Shown piece by piece: positions 18,383-27,892 of a stretch of 64,000 nucleotides of DNA (positions are counted from its first letter, which is position 1; the number at the start of each line of letters is the position of its first letter). A program made the translations under genes and the position numbers. This stretch comes from a virus: the IMG/VR virus record IMGVR_UViG_3300032220_000699, positions 125,135 through 189,134 of that record. One strand, given 5' to 3'. The notes beneath the pieces were generated by a model. The model was not told the DNA's origin and ran no database searches. It saw only the letters and a list, made by a program, of their open reading frames with translations.

Positions 18383-21196
18383 TTAGTACTTGATGTAACT
18401 TACAGTGTCAAACTTTTCACTTGTAGAAAGATCTGGCAATGCAAAAACTGTTGACTGATCAACTGGGTCAACTGCTGCAATTGTGCCATCGTAATAAGGA
18501 GAATAGTCATTGAGACCATCAAGAATAGGAGCACTCCAAACTGCTGCAGAAGTAGCACCAGGTTGTAAAACACCGCCGACTGAATAAATTCTATTTTTAG
18601 TAGCAAAAATAGAATGATAGTAACCAGAAAATGGTAAAGTTGCACCAGATGTCCATCCACCTAAAGTACCATCTTCATTTATATTAGCTGACCAAATAAC
18701 AGTTATATTAGAACTACCATTTGAACCAGTGATTAAATATACACGATTTTTAGTGATAAAATTTTGACTATAGGCAATGTTGACAGGGAATGTCCCTAAA
18801 CTAACCCATGTCCCTATTAAACCATCATTATTAATCGTAGCTGTATAATAATTAGGTGTAACACTACCACCAGCGTTATAACCACCACAAAGATATATAC
18901 GATTCTTGGTGATAAATACAGCAGCACTATGAACATTTATAGGTAAAGCTGTTGAGGTACTCCATGTACCTAATGTGCCATCGGAATTGACGGGGGCGGT
19001 ATAAACATAAGAAGTTGCTGAATTTCCGTCAGAAGTACCAATCAAATAAACACGATTCTTAGTAACAATTGCCTTTGACCAAGCTCGACCAGCAACTAAA
19101 TTTGTTCCGCTTGACCAAGTGCCTAAAGTACCGTCAGCATTAATCGGAGCTGTGTAAACACTACCGCTAATAGCTCCGTTCCAACCGCCAATTAAATGTA
19201 CTCTATTTTTAGTTACAATGGCTTGAGCATAAGCAAAATTGCCTGGTAATATATTTGTTTGTGTGGTCCAAGTGCCAAGAGTACCATCAGCATTGATAGG
19301 CGCAGTATATACTGATGTTGTGTAAGAATTAGCAGCAACACCACCTAGTAGATAAACGCGATTTTTAGTGACAATTGCTGATGATCCGTGTAATGTTACT
19401 GGTAAATTGGTACCAGCAACCCAACCAGTAATATCTGTAGTTTGTGCTGTATTAATCTGATACTGTTGTTCCCAAGGACGACCAGATCCGGAAACTGTAT
19501 AATTAATATTATCTTCAGTGTAATATGCAGAATAATCGTTCATACCACCAGAAATATTTGCTATATAAACTGTAGAAATACCATATCCACCTAAGGTATA
19601 AAGTTTATTCTTTAAAGCTAAAGCATATGACTGTGCCAATGCACCTGGCATGGATGTACCAAGTACCCATGTACCAATAGTACCATCAGCATTGATAGGC
19701 GCTATCATAACTGTAGAAACAGGTGATCCAGCAGTGTTAGTTCCACCAAGTAAATATACACGATTTTTGGTAACATAAGGTGTTGCTGTCCAAACAGCGA
19801 TAGGTAATGAATTAGATACTAAACTCCAAGTACCTAGTGTACCATCGCTGTTAATTGTAGTAGTATAGATTTTAGAGAAAACCTCTGAAGCATTTCTACC
19901 ACCACAAAGATAAACACGGTTCTTAGTTAAAACAGTTGCAGCACAATAAAAACCTTCAGGCAAAGCAGTGCCTGATGTCCAAGCACCTAAAGTACCGTCG
20001 CTATTAATAACAGCATAATAAACAGTGGCGACATAAGAATTTCCAGAATTGCCACCAGCTAAATAAACCCTACTGTTGGTGATAATTAAATGAACATTCG
20101 AAATAGCTGCTGGTAAGGCTGTGCCAGTAGTCCAAGTACCGATAGTACCATCAGCATTAATAGGTGCTGTATAGACAGTTGTCACAGAGTTATTACCATC
20201 TGTGCTACCACCAAACAAATATATACGGTTTTTAATTATAGTTACTTGTGAGTAACACAAAACACCAGGTAAAGCTGTCGCTGTGGCCCACGCGTTTAAA
20301 CTACCATCAGCTTGAATTGTGGCAGTGTACACCGCTGAACTAGCCGAAACACCTGCTATAAAACCACCAATAACATAAACACGATTCTTGGTAACAACAG
20401 CCTGAGCTGTAGAAAGATTAGCAGGTAAAGCTGTTCCAGTAACCCAACCGCTTATATCAGAATTTTGTGTTTCATTGATATTGTATTGTTGCTGCCATGG
20501 GCGGCCAGAAGTAAAGTGTTTCTGTTTACTAAATCTGTCACCTATAATGGCATATAAAGAACTATACGTTGTTTTACTAATCTCAGCGCCGTTACACTTC
20601 AAGAAACCGCTAGGTGTGGTAGCGTAAGGTTTACGAATAATATCACCAACAGCAATACCAGAAGAAGAACTTAGTGTCAGATCAACATACTGTTTAGTAA
20701 CAGCCTGCATGTTACCAACAACAGAACCATTAAATGTAAGGAAACCAGTTAAAGTTCCACCGGATAAACTTATTCCATCGTTGATTCCATAACCAGCTAA
20801 TGTCGTGGGTTTGTTAGTTGTTATCTTATCCCAACTAACATTCGTGATATCGTCAGAAATTAATACCGATCCACCTGTGACGCGACCTTTGGAGTCAACC
20901 GATGGTTTAACATAGTCACCAGCAGTAATACCAATAGGTGCTAAATTAATTGTTGAGGAACCTGCTGGTTTTACAATATCACCAGCAAAAGAAGGAAGAC
21001 GTGCCGAAGGCAGTGTACCAGTTGTTAAATTGCTTGCGTTAAGATTAACCATCGACGAGTCGACGTACTGCTTAGTCGCAGCTTCAAGAGGTTCGCTCGG
21101 GTTTCCAGCAAGAATCAGAGCACCAGTCAATTGACCACCGTTAAAAGTGAAACCTCCGGTGCTATTACCACCGTTCGAGTAAACTCTAGCTCTCAT
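18383..21196 (-). CDS. Tail-fibre-like protein: fibre N-terminus, split collar domain, two 6-blade Kelch-like propellers
   Basis: AATKQYVD and KPTTLAGYGI fibre motifs; GFLKCNGAEISKTTYSSLYAIIG collar motif; 12 repeats of TKNRVYLxGG...INADGTLGTW. Confidence 0.75.
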   Translation of the reverse strand: MRARVYSNGGNSTGGFTFNGGQLTGALILAGNPSEPLEAATKQYVDSSMVNLNASNLTTGTLPSARLPSFAGDIVKPAGSSTINLAPIGITAGDYVKPSVDSKGRVTGGSVLISDDITNVSWDKITTNKPTTLAGYGINDGISLSGGTLTGFLTFNGSVVGNMQAVTKQYVDLTLSSSSGIAVGDIIRKPYATTPSGFLKCNGAEISKTTYSSLYAIIGDRFSKQKHFTSGRPWQQQYNINETQNSDISGWVTGTALPANLSTAQAVVTKNRVYVIGGFIAGVSASSAVYTATIQADGSLNAWATATALPGVLCYSQVTIIKNRIYLFGGSTDGNNSVTTVYTAPINADGTIGTWTTGTALPAAISNVHLIITNSRVYLAGGNSGNSYVATVYYAVINSDGTLGAWTSGTALPEGFYCAATVLTKNRVYLCGGRNASEVFSKIYTTTINSDGTLGTWSLVSNSLPIAVWTATPYVTKNRVYLLGGTNTAGSPVSTVMIAPINADGTIGTWVLGTSMPGALAQSYALALKNKLYTLGGYGISTVYIANISGGMNDYSAYYTEDNINYTVSGSGRPWEQQYQINTAQTTDITGWVAGTNLPVTLHGSSAIVTKNRVYLLGGVAANSYTTSVYTAPINADGTLGTWTTQTNILPGNFAYAQAIVTKNRVHLIGGWNGAISGSVYTAPINADGTLGTWSSGTNLVAGRAWSKAIVTKNRVYLIGTSDGNSATSYVYTAPVNSDGTLGTWSTSTALPINVHSAAVFITKNRIYLCGGYNAGGSVTPNYYTATINNDGLIGTWVSLGTFPVNIAYSQNFITKNRVYLITGSNGSSNITVIWSANINEDGTLGGWTSGATLPFSGYYHSIFATKNRIYSVGGVLQPGATSAAVWSAPILDGLNDYSPYYDGTIAAVDPVDQSTVFALPDLSTSEKFDTVSYIKY

Positions 21197-21299
21197 GTTA
21201 ACTCCTTATGTTGGATAACTGTATAAAAAAGAAATGCTGTGTTTTAAGGTCAAATGATGCAATAACAAGAGAGAGGATAAACCTCTCTCTTGTCCTTTT

Positions 21300-22295
21300 T
21301 TAGTCTAAGAATTCAATCAATTCAGCAGTCTTATCAAAGCAATTATCTTTAGTTTCAATGATGGCTTTTAGACGACCAATAACTTCAAGTTTAAAAGCCA
21401 TATCATCATAACCATTAATAAATTCGATAGTCTCTGCATTCAGTTCAGTTTCTTGACGCTGAACAGCAGTAAGACCGGAATAATAACGTTCAAGATCTTC
21501 TTTATAACGATTTAGATTCTCAATAGCAGATTTACCATACTGAACTAAACCTGACAAAGAAAGTTCGTTCTTAGCCGGAAGATAACTAACAGTGTTATAA
21601 AGATCACTCAGTGTTTCACTATAATAGATAGCACTGAACATATCAATTAAAACACCATTATATTTTTCATATTCAAGCTTGGAGTCATCCATATGAAGAA
21701 TAACATCCATCTTTTCAGTATAAAGATCGACCAAACGGTTTTCTTGATTTTGTTCCTGAGAAACAAATGCTTTATATTCCACAACTGTCGGAGGAACATT
21801 TTTAAATACCTCAGCTTTACCAGATACCATCGAAGTAAAAGCCTGGAAATAATTAACTAAAATCTCAACCATTGGAATATGATTTTCAATTAAAGCTTTC
21901 AGATCATATAACTTATCAGAAATATCTAAACTCAGTTTGTGTTCAATATTTGCATTAAACACTTTATCCATCAGTTCCTTATTAATAATAGAAGGAGCCG
22001 AAGTTAATTTAGCTTGTTCTACCTTACCGATTTCAGGTAACATGGTAAAGACTTCCATCGCAATACCACGATCTACTCGCGGCATAGTAGCAATGTTATT
22101 CTTTAACACAAGCAAGTTAAACATAGTGTTCACTTTTTCAAGTGTTTCCTTTGAGAAACGCTGAACACTAAACTGTTGACCATTTTTCTTGGCATCAGTG
22201 ATAACGACATTCTCTGTAGCAATACCAGCGTCTTCCGGAGTTTCTACATTAGTCACGTTATCTTTGATGTCGTCAAGGATATCACCTAAGCTCAT
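21300..22295 (-). CDS. Hypothetical/virion protein
   Basis: 331-aa ORF; IATEN candidate head-protease site near the N-terminus. Confidence 0.55.
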   Translation of the reverse strand: MSLGDILDDIKDNVTNVETPEDAGIATENVVITDAKKNGQQFSVQRFSKETLEKVNTMFNLLVLKNNIATMPRVDRGIAMEVFTMLPEIGKVEQAKLTSAPSIINKELMDKVFNANIEHKLSLDISDKLYDLKALIENHIPMVEILVNYFQAFTSMVSGKAEVFKNVPPTVVEYKAFVSQEQNQENRLVDLYTEKMDVILHMDDSKLEYEKYNGVLIDMFSAIYYSETLSDLYNTVSYLPAKNELSLSGLVQYGKSAIENLNRYKEDLERYYSGLTAVQRQETELNAETIEFINGYDDMAFKLEVIGRLKAIIETKDNCFDKTAELIEFLD

Positions 22296-22298
22296 GGT

Positions 22299-22808
22299 TT
22301 ACCCCGCTAAAACAGGTTGAGCAATAGCGCCTTCTTGTCCACTATCTGTAACCATTTTGCTTTTGACTTCTGAAGTCAAAGAACGGAATACATCAGACAT
22401 ATAGTTTGCATTATTAAGAATATCACCAACAGCGCACATATATGTCACATCGACATATCTAGGCAGGTTAGAAATATCATCAATAACAGAATTCGGACAA
22501 TCGCGGAAGAATGTTGCCGGAGGATTATACGCCACCGAAGCACGCCACAAAGTGAGATCGCCGATCAGTTTTTCAAGAATAGCGACTTGATCTTCACTCA
22601 TGAATGAATACATATTCAGACTCCAAACAACTTCATCAACGAAGCGTTTGTGATTCAGAATAAATAGACGGACATTGTCTTCGTCAGCAGGCATCAAAGG
22701 AAGAGAATCAGCAATCGCTTTGGCAAGCAAAAATACTTCACCCTTTTGCAATGAACGCTGGTTGAGAGCATTCAGCTTGTTTGAAAGATCTTGAGAGAAT
22801 TGGTACAT
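22299..22808 (-). CDS. Hypothetical protein
   Basis: 169-aa ORF, AGGAG SD, coupled to neighbours. Confidence 0.6.
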   Translation of the reverse strand: MYQFSQDLSNKLNALNQRSLQKGEVFLLAKAIADSLPLMPADEDNVRLFILNHKRFVDEVVWSLNMYSFMSEDQVAILEKLIGDLTLWRASVAYNPPATFFRDCPNSVIDDISNLPRYVDVTYMCAVGDILNNANYMSDVFRSLTSEVKSKMVTDSGQEGAIAQPVLAG

Positions 22809-22818
22809 GTTTAACTCC

Positions 22819-24147
22819 TTAGTTTACCTTAAGTTGTTGTGCTTTGACAAAGAGAAGATTGTTGAGATTATTTTCAATGGATTGCTGTAATCCAATATAG
22901 TAATTGTTGTTCCTGTTACTGGACAACAAGATATCTGCAATATGACTTCTGACATCTTTGAAGTACATCGATTTCTCTATGACTTCATTGATAAAGATAA
23001 ACTGAGATAACAAATCTTTAACCAACTCTTCAGGAAGATTAATGTTCTTAAGATTATTAACAATTGAATTCTTAACACGATTATAACGTTCCAGTGGGAA
23101 ATCATAAGTCATCGTGCTAGAATCACTATTATAAAGAATAACGATAACAGCCATCATAACAATAGCTCCAGGCACCTTAAAGAAAGCCAGGAAGAAAATG
23201 CTAAGCAACATATCAATAAACAAAAGAATGCTATAAGTCATACGGTTATTATCACGGACTAAACCATAACGACGATTCAGTTTATTCAAACCACTGACAA
23301 GTTCTTTACCCATATTAAACCGAGCAGCGAAGCTATCTGCTAAGTTTTCAAAGTTGGTTTCGTCATATTTAGAATTACCCATTTGAGTTTTAATTTCATC
23401 CAAATAAGCAAGCGCGACCTTACCATAGAAGTCATTAACTTCCTTGGAATTAGTAACACTGATTTCTTGGAACTCTTTTTGAGTAAAATGTTTCTTAAAT
23501 GTATAAACAGCCTTATCGGGATTATTGTTATTCATCTCGTTAAGGATATCAGCAATAGTTGAATTGGTTGTTTCAAGTTTGTGATGGTATTCTAAACCAC
23601 CAAAAGCATGACCAAGTTCATGGAGAATGATTGCAGTCAGTTCAGCCGGCTCAATTTCTGATTGACGCAATGCAAAGAAATCAATAATCAGATAGTGTTT
23701 AATCTCTGAAAGATAACCACCAACCCGAGCATTTTTAAAATCAACATAACCTTTTCGATTATGTAGTTTAGCAAGGATGATTTTCTTTTCTTTCTCAATT
23801 TCATTAACATGTTTAAACACATCATTGAACTTGAAAATAGCAGAGAACTTATCACTACCAATATTTTTCATGCTACTTAGATCGGCTAAGTAGTCACTAA
23901 AGAAAGGAATGATAGCAGCAGGATAAAAGACATGAAGTTCTTTATCAAATACCACATTCATATTGAAACGATTACAGATCAATGTCTGAATCTCTTTAAT
24001 ATAACCAGACTTTTCAATCAAAGTCTTATTGTCCATATAGATATTGTTCTCAATTTCTTTATAGACGTATTCTATCTTTTCTGTAAGCTTCTGAGGAAAA
24101 GTATCATTATTCTGATACTTTATCATCTCCTGTGAAATCGTTTTCAT
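22819..24147 (-). CDS. HExxH zinc-metallopeptidase-like protein with hydrophobic segment, probably virion-associated
   Basis: ILHELGHAF, downstream ENLADSFAARF, hydrophobic SILLFIDMLLSIFFLAFF...IVMMAVIVILY. Confidence 0.6.
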   Translation of the reverse strand: MKTISQEMIKYQNNDTFPQKLTEKIEYVYKEIENNIYMDNKTLIEKSGYIKEIQTLICNRFNMNVVFDKELHVFYPAAIIPFFSDYLADLSSMKNIGSDKFSAIFKFNDVFKHVNEIEKEKKIILAKLHNRKGYVDFKNARVGGYLSEIKHYLIIDFFALRQSEIEPAELTAIILHELGHAFGGLEYHHKLETTNSTIADILNEMNNNNPDKAVYTFKKHFTQKEFQEISVTNSKEVNDFYGKVALAYLDEIKTQMGNSKYDETNFENLADSFAARFNMGKELVSGLNKLNRRYGLVRDNNRMTYSILLFIDMLLSIFFLAFFKVPGAIVMMAVIVILYNSDSSTMTYDFPLERYNRVKNSIVNNLKNINLPEELVKDLLSQFIFINEVIEKSMYFKDVRSHIADILLSSNRNNNYYIGLQQSIENNLNNLLFVKAQQLKVN

Positions 24148-24344
24148 AGAAACCTTTGGCCGGAAATAATTAATTCAAAAAATGAACGAAACTAGTAAGA
24201 AAAGACTACCAGAGGGTATTTCCCTCTGGTAGTTAATCCCATCAAAAAGGAGAGAGAAAACAAGGAAAACAACTCTAGCCGCCACCAGATCAATTCACTG
24301 CGCCCGCAAAAACACACTGAATCTACAGTCTTCCCAAATAATTA

Positions 24345-26051
24345 CTACTCATCCAGGTATTTATCGATCTCAAGCATATTAGGCATACCGAACATTACAT
24401 GAAAATATTCCAGCATGTTCGCGTTACCTAAACAAATACTTAAGTTCATTTCTCTAAAGGTATCCTCTCGAACACCTTCAATCTTAATAATTTCATTAAC
24501 ACAAGTTTCTTTAGATACATTACCTACTTGTGTACAAGAAGGATATGCAGCTGTGGCATCCTGGTCACAAACAACACCACGCATGTTAGTTACAACATCC
24601 GGATATTCTTCAAGACACTTAAGACCTTCGGCTAATAATAAGTTCTGAGGAAGAAGTTGAATCCAACCTTTTAAGTCAAGAGTATTATACTTCTTGACAT
24701 CGTATTCATCGTCTTCTTCTTCATCATCATCTGTTTCTATACTATCTGCTTCTAACTCTTCTTCTGGTTTAGCTTGTTTAGGAACAGTACCAATAACACG
24801 ATTACGTTCTAAACCAAATAAGAAAAGTGCATCAACAATCTTTTTAGGATTCGAATTGAACTTAGCAAAGTCAGTAATCGCTGCAAAGGAAGGAAGTGAA
24901 CTTTTCAAATCCTTAATCTTCTCGTCGAGTTCCAACATTCCGAGACAATCGTAAAAGTTATAGACAATATATTCAACAGGATAATTTTCCTGCATAAAGA
25001 TATGCCACTTTTCTCCTGAATAAGCGTCAGCTTCTTTAAACTTTAACTTGCCACCGATCTCTTCTTTCTTGAGAATAGCATCAAGTGCGTAACTAGGTTC
25101 TTCTTGTTTAGCCATACGAAGTTGACGATAAACACACATTGCGTCAATAACGTAGAACTTAGAAGTAGATGTAAGAGTATGCCACTGAAGAGATGGATTA
25201 ATTGGTTTAACCACACCAGAGGCTGTAACTTTCTTTTTGATACCTTGTTTATATCGACAAATACGATATTTACGAGGAACAGATTTATCACAGATAACAT
25301 CAACAGGATTGACGTTCTTTTCTTTAAGACGTTCTAGAATTCGCGGTATGTCGAAGTCCATGTTCCAAATTGCTAGAAAGTCAGGACCCCACTCATTTGC
25401 AACTTCAAAAACATCTGTTAACAAATCAACTTCATTATCAAATGTTCTTACAGTGATATCAAAATCTTTATACTTAGGGATATAGTAATCAACTGCGTCA
25501 TGAACACGTTTATCAAGATTACTAACATTCTTAACAAACCTACTTAGAACAGACGAGTGAATTCTATTACCAAAACAAATGGTGGCAATAATAACTTCTC
25601 GAGTAGCAATATCTGTTTCAATATCGAATGCAGAGACTTTATAATTCGATTGAACAAAATCATTGCGTTTTAAACTTGTATACTTAATCAATGATGTTGA
25701 CGTAATGTCATAACCATAGACATAAGGGGAATTTTTAATCTCATCGGGTTTGCTAGCCATCCAAGGTGAACCAAGCAAACCAGCGACAGCTTTGTTAATG
25801 TCAGACTGAATGACATCCTGTCGCATAAGACGATCAACTTCTTCAAACTCTTTCTTTTCTTTATGATTACGAAAAGCTTGTTGCGTTACCCAAATAGGAC
25901 GTTTAAAGTCTTTTGTTAAAAAAGTTTGTGGTTCTGTTGATCCATCTGCATAAGTAATTTGCTGCTTTACGTAATGCATATCTTCCCGGAAGTCTGTCCT
26001 AGGGATATGTATTGCAAAACGTATTTCTTTCTTTACAATGTCTTTAGCCAT
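24345..26051 (-). CDS. Split family-B DNA polymerase, N-terminal subunit (3'-5' exonuclease plus motif A), phiKZ gp82-like
   Basis: Exo I AFDIET, Exo II WNMDFDI, Exo III YNFYDC, motif A DQDATAAYPS. Confidence 0.85.
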   Translation of the reverse strand: MAKDIVKKEIRFAIHIPRTDFREDMHYVKQQITYADGSTEPQTFLTKDFKRPIWVTQQAFRNHKEKKEFEEVDRLMRQDVIQSDINKAVAGLLGSPWMASKPDEIKNSPYVYGYDITSTSLIKYTSLKRNDFVQSNYKVSAFDIETDIATREVIIATICFGNRIHSSVLSRFVKNVSNLDKRVHDAVDYYIPKYKDFDITVRTFDNEVDLLTDVFEVANEWGPDFLAIWNMDFDIPRILERLKEKNVNPVDVICDKSVPRKYRICRYKQGIKKKVTASGVVKPINPSLQWHTLTSTSKFYVIDAMCVYRQLRMAKQEEPSYALDAILKKEEIGGKLKFKEADAYSGEKWHIFMQENYPVEYIVYNFYDCLGMLELDEKIKDLKSSLPSFAAITDFAKFNSNPKKIVDALFLFGLERNRVIGTVPKQAKPEEELEADSIETDDDEEEDDEYDVKKYNTLDLKGWIQLLPQNLLLAEGLKCLEEYPDVVTNMRGVVCDQDATAAYPSCTQVGNVSKETCVNEIIKIEGVREDTFREMNLSICLGNANMLEYFHVMFGMPNMLEIDKYLDE

Positions 26052-26058
26052 ATGTCAC

Positions 26059-26334
26059 CTATGTTAGAACCAGACCTGTTTCACAATCTATTATTAAAGT
26101 ATAGGTATCATACTTATCGAGTTTTTCACTTACTCTATTTAATATTCTTTCTTTATTTAAATTCATTTGTGTTACTATAATAGAAGTGGCTGCTAATACA
26201 TCAGCAATTTCTTCTTCTAATTTTAATATATTTTTATCTTTAGGTTTAATGATAGTCTTACAAGTGATATGTTGTAGTTCACCACACTCTTCAGCTAACT
26301 TAACTAGGTTAAAAGTTTTACTGAGTTTCTTCAT
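26059..26334 (-). CDS. MazG-like all-alpha nucleoside triphosphate pyrophosphohydrolase
   Basis: KLAEECGEL...LEEEIADV (EExxE...EExxD pattern). Confidence 0.75.
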   Translation of the reverse strand: MKKLSKTFNLVKLAEECGELQHITCKTIIKPKDKNILKLEEEIADVLAATSIIVTQMNLNKERILNRVSEKLDKYDTYTLIIDCETGLVLT

Positions 26335-26513
26335 CTATAAACTCTGTTCATCATCAAATGACCTTCAATATCAAATACTTCATATTCAAGACCATTGTAA
26401 ACAATCTTTAATTTATCTTTAGCTTTAGCTTGGACATGAAATCCATTTATATGATATTCTTTATTTACAATATTAACTTGAACAGGGGTCTTATTGGTGA
26501 CATCAGACGACAT
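26331..26513 (-). CDS. Hypothetical protein
   Basis: 60-aa ORF overlapping both neighbours. Confidence 0.5.
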   Translation of the reverse strand: MSSDVTNKTPVQVNIVNKEYHINGFHVQAKAKDKLKIVYNGLEYEVFDIEGHLMMNRVYR

Positions 26514-26754
26514 CTAAAGCCTCCTTTGTCCACTTAACATGGTTGCGATAGTACACAATCCAAAATGCAATGTTCATTGGTAAAAAACCCCAGGTAGCTG
26601 TGGTAACAATCCAAACTAACCAAAAGAACTGATTAAACAAACCAAGTAACCATGCCTTAGGATGTTTATTTCCAGTAAGAACAGCCATGTAAATTGTTAT
26701 AGCGCTAAGTATCCATGGCAGTATAGTCTCAATGAACCACATGAGAATCTCCAA
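26503..26754 (-). CDS. Small multi-pass membrane protein, PnuC-like
   Basis: Three hydrophobic segments; W-rich pattern KAWLLGLFNQFFWLVW...WGFLPMN. Confidence 0.5.
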   Translation of the reverse strand: MEILMWFIETILPWILSAITIYMAVLTGNKHPKAWLLGLFNQFFWLVWIVTTATWGFLPMNIAFWIVYYRNHVKWTKEALDVV

Positions 26755-26824
26755 TTTATAATCATCCCATTTCTATAAAAATAAAAAAAAAAAGAAGAGA
26801 CTTCGGTCTCTTCTTAGTTTATTG

Positions 26825-27040
26825 TTAAGCGCTATCTTCTTTACGCCGTTTAAATTCGCAAAGACTTATTACGGTCATGGTTTCTTCCAAATCCAATATA
26901 TCCTGGTGTGATTTACCATCTAACTTGTCATACCAGACAGTTAGAAATAATAAAAACATACCACCGGTTAACAAGGACATAAAGATAAAATAATATCCGT
27001 AATACATCAAAGCGGTTTCAATCAAGTAAAACATTGACAC
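26825..27040 (-). CDS. Small membrane protein
   Basis: 71 aa, hydrophobic N-terminal half, AGGAG SD, promoter variant at 27065-27092. Confidence 0.55.
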   Translation of the reverse strand: MSMFYLIETALMYYGYYFIFMSLLTGGMFLLFLTVWYDKLDGKSHQDILDLEETMTVISLCEFKRRKEDSA

Positions 27041-27092
27041 AACTCCTTTCTGTTTAAGTCAGATACTATATATGTTATTCAAAAAATTCCCA

Positions 27093-27347
27093 TTAACTTA
27101 CTTCATCAAACTTCTCACAAAACTCGTCAGTGTTTCTAACATATACATCATTAGGTAATAATAGTCTTATAATAACTGCTCTAAACTTAGTAAACCAACT
27201 TTGTTTTTTGGTATATATAATAGCTTTTTCATTTCTACGATCATTATTACAATCTGTACAAATAGTTATAACTTCATATAAATTACCATGTTTTTTATTA
27301 CGGTATGACATCTTATTCCTTTTCATGAAAAGATACCACTGGATCAC
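27093..27347 (-). CDS. DUF1653-like protein
   Basis: YRNKKHGNLYEVI...AIIY...VYVRNTDEFCEKF matches the YxHxKG.xY...VR....F...F pattern. The true start may be the internal Met of MSYRNK. Confidence 0.55.
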   Translation of the reverse strand: MIQWYLFMKRNKMSYRNKKHGNLYEVITICTDCNNDRRNEKAIIYTKKQSWFTKFRAVIIRLLLPNDVYVRNTDEFCEKFDEVS

Positions 27348-27361
27348 CAGTGGTATCTTCT

Positions 27362-27892
27362 TTAGTCCGGAATATCCGGAGCTTTAGGTTTAGCATTTTC
27401 AAGATCTTTAAGAACCTGTTCATTAACACGATTCTTTTTCTTATCTACTTCATCAACAACACGAAGCATCTCGATAATTTCAAACTTAGGACGATTCAAG
27501 AAATCATCAAAAGACATTCCTAGTTTCTTCCCAAGTTCTTTCATGATAAATGTAGAGAGATAACCATCCCAAAGAAAATCTTTAAGATAGTTCTCAGCAG
27601 GATTAAATTGAACTAGAGCTAACGGATTACTTGTAGTTGTGTGGTCACAAATACCAAATGTTGTCTCGTAGAGTTCAATAAAGAGCTGACGGCCGTAGAC
27701 ATAATTCGGGATCTTAGAACTTTTAATTGTTGCTAAGGTTTCTCGAATAAATCGATCGAAATCGACTTGATGACCAAAGCCGTAACCAGCTATATATCTT
27801 AGACTTCCCTCTCCATTATTTTCGAGATACGGAGAGTAATCAATGTAAAAAAAAGGTTCATTACGTCCAGAGGAATGACACTGGTCATATGC
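27362..27892 (-). CDS. Open frame downstream of the putative baseplate-hub chaperone; start unresolved (-1 frameshift or non-canonical start)
   Basis: Frame is open for 177 codons, but the first ATG/GTG/TTG is only 60 codons from the end. Upstream part reads as protein: YIAGYGFGHQVDFDRFIRETLATIKSSKIPNYVYGRQLFIELYETTFGICDH... Confidence 0.65.
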   Translation of the reverse strand, partial: AYDQCHSSGRNEPFFYIDYSPYLENNGEGSLRYIAGYGFGHQVDFDRFIRETLATIKSSKIPNYVYGRQLFIELYETTFGICDHTTTSNPLALVQFNPAENYLKDFLWDGYLSTFIMKELGKKLGMSFDDFLNRPKFEIIEMLRVVDEVDKKKNRVNEQVLKDLENAKPKAPDIPD

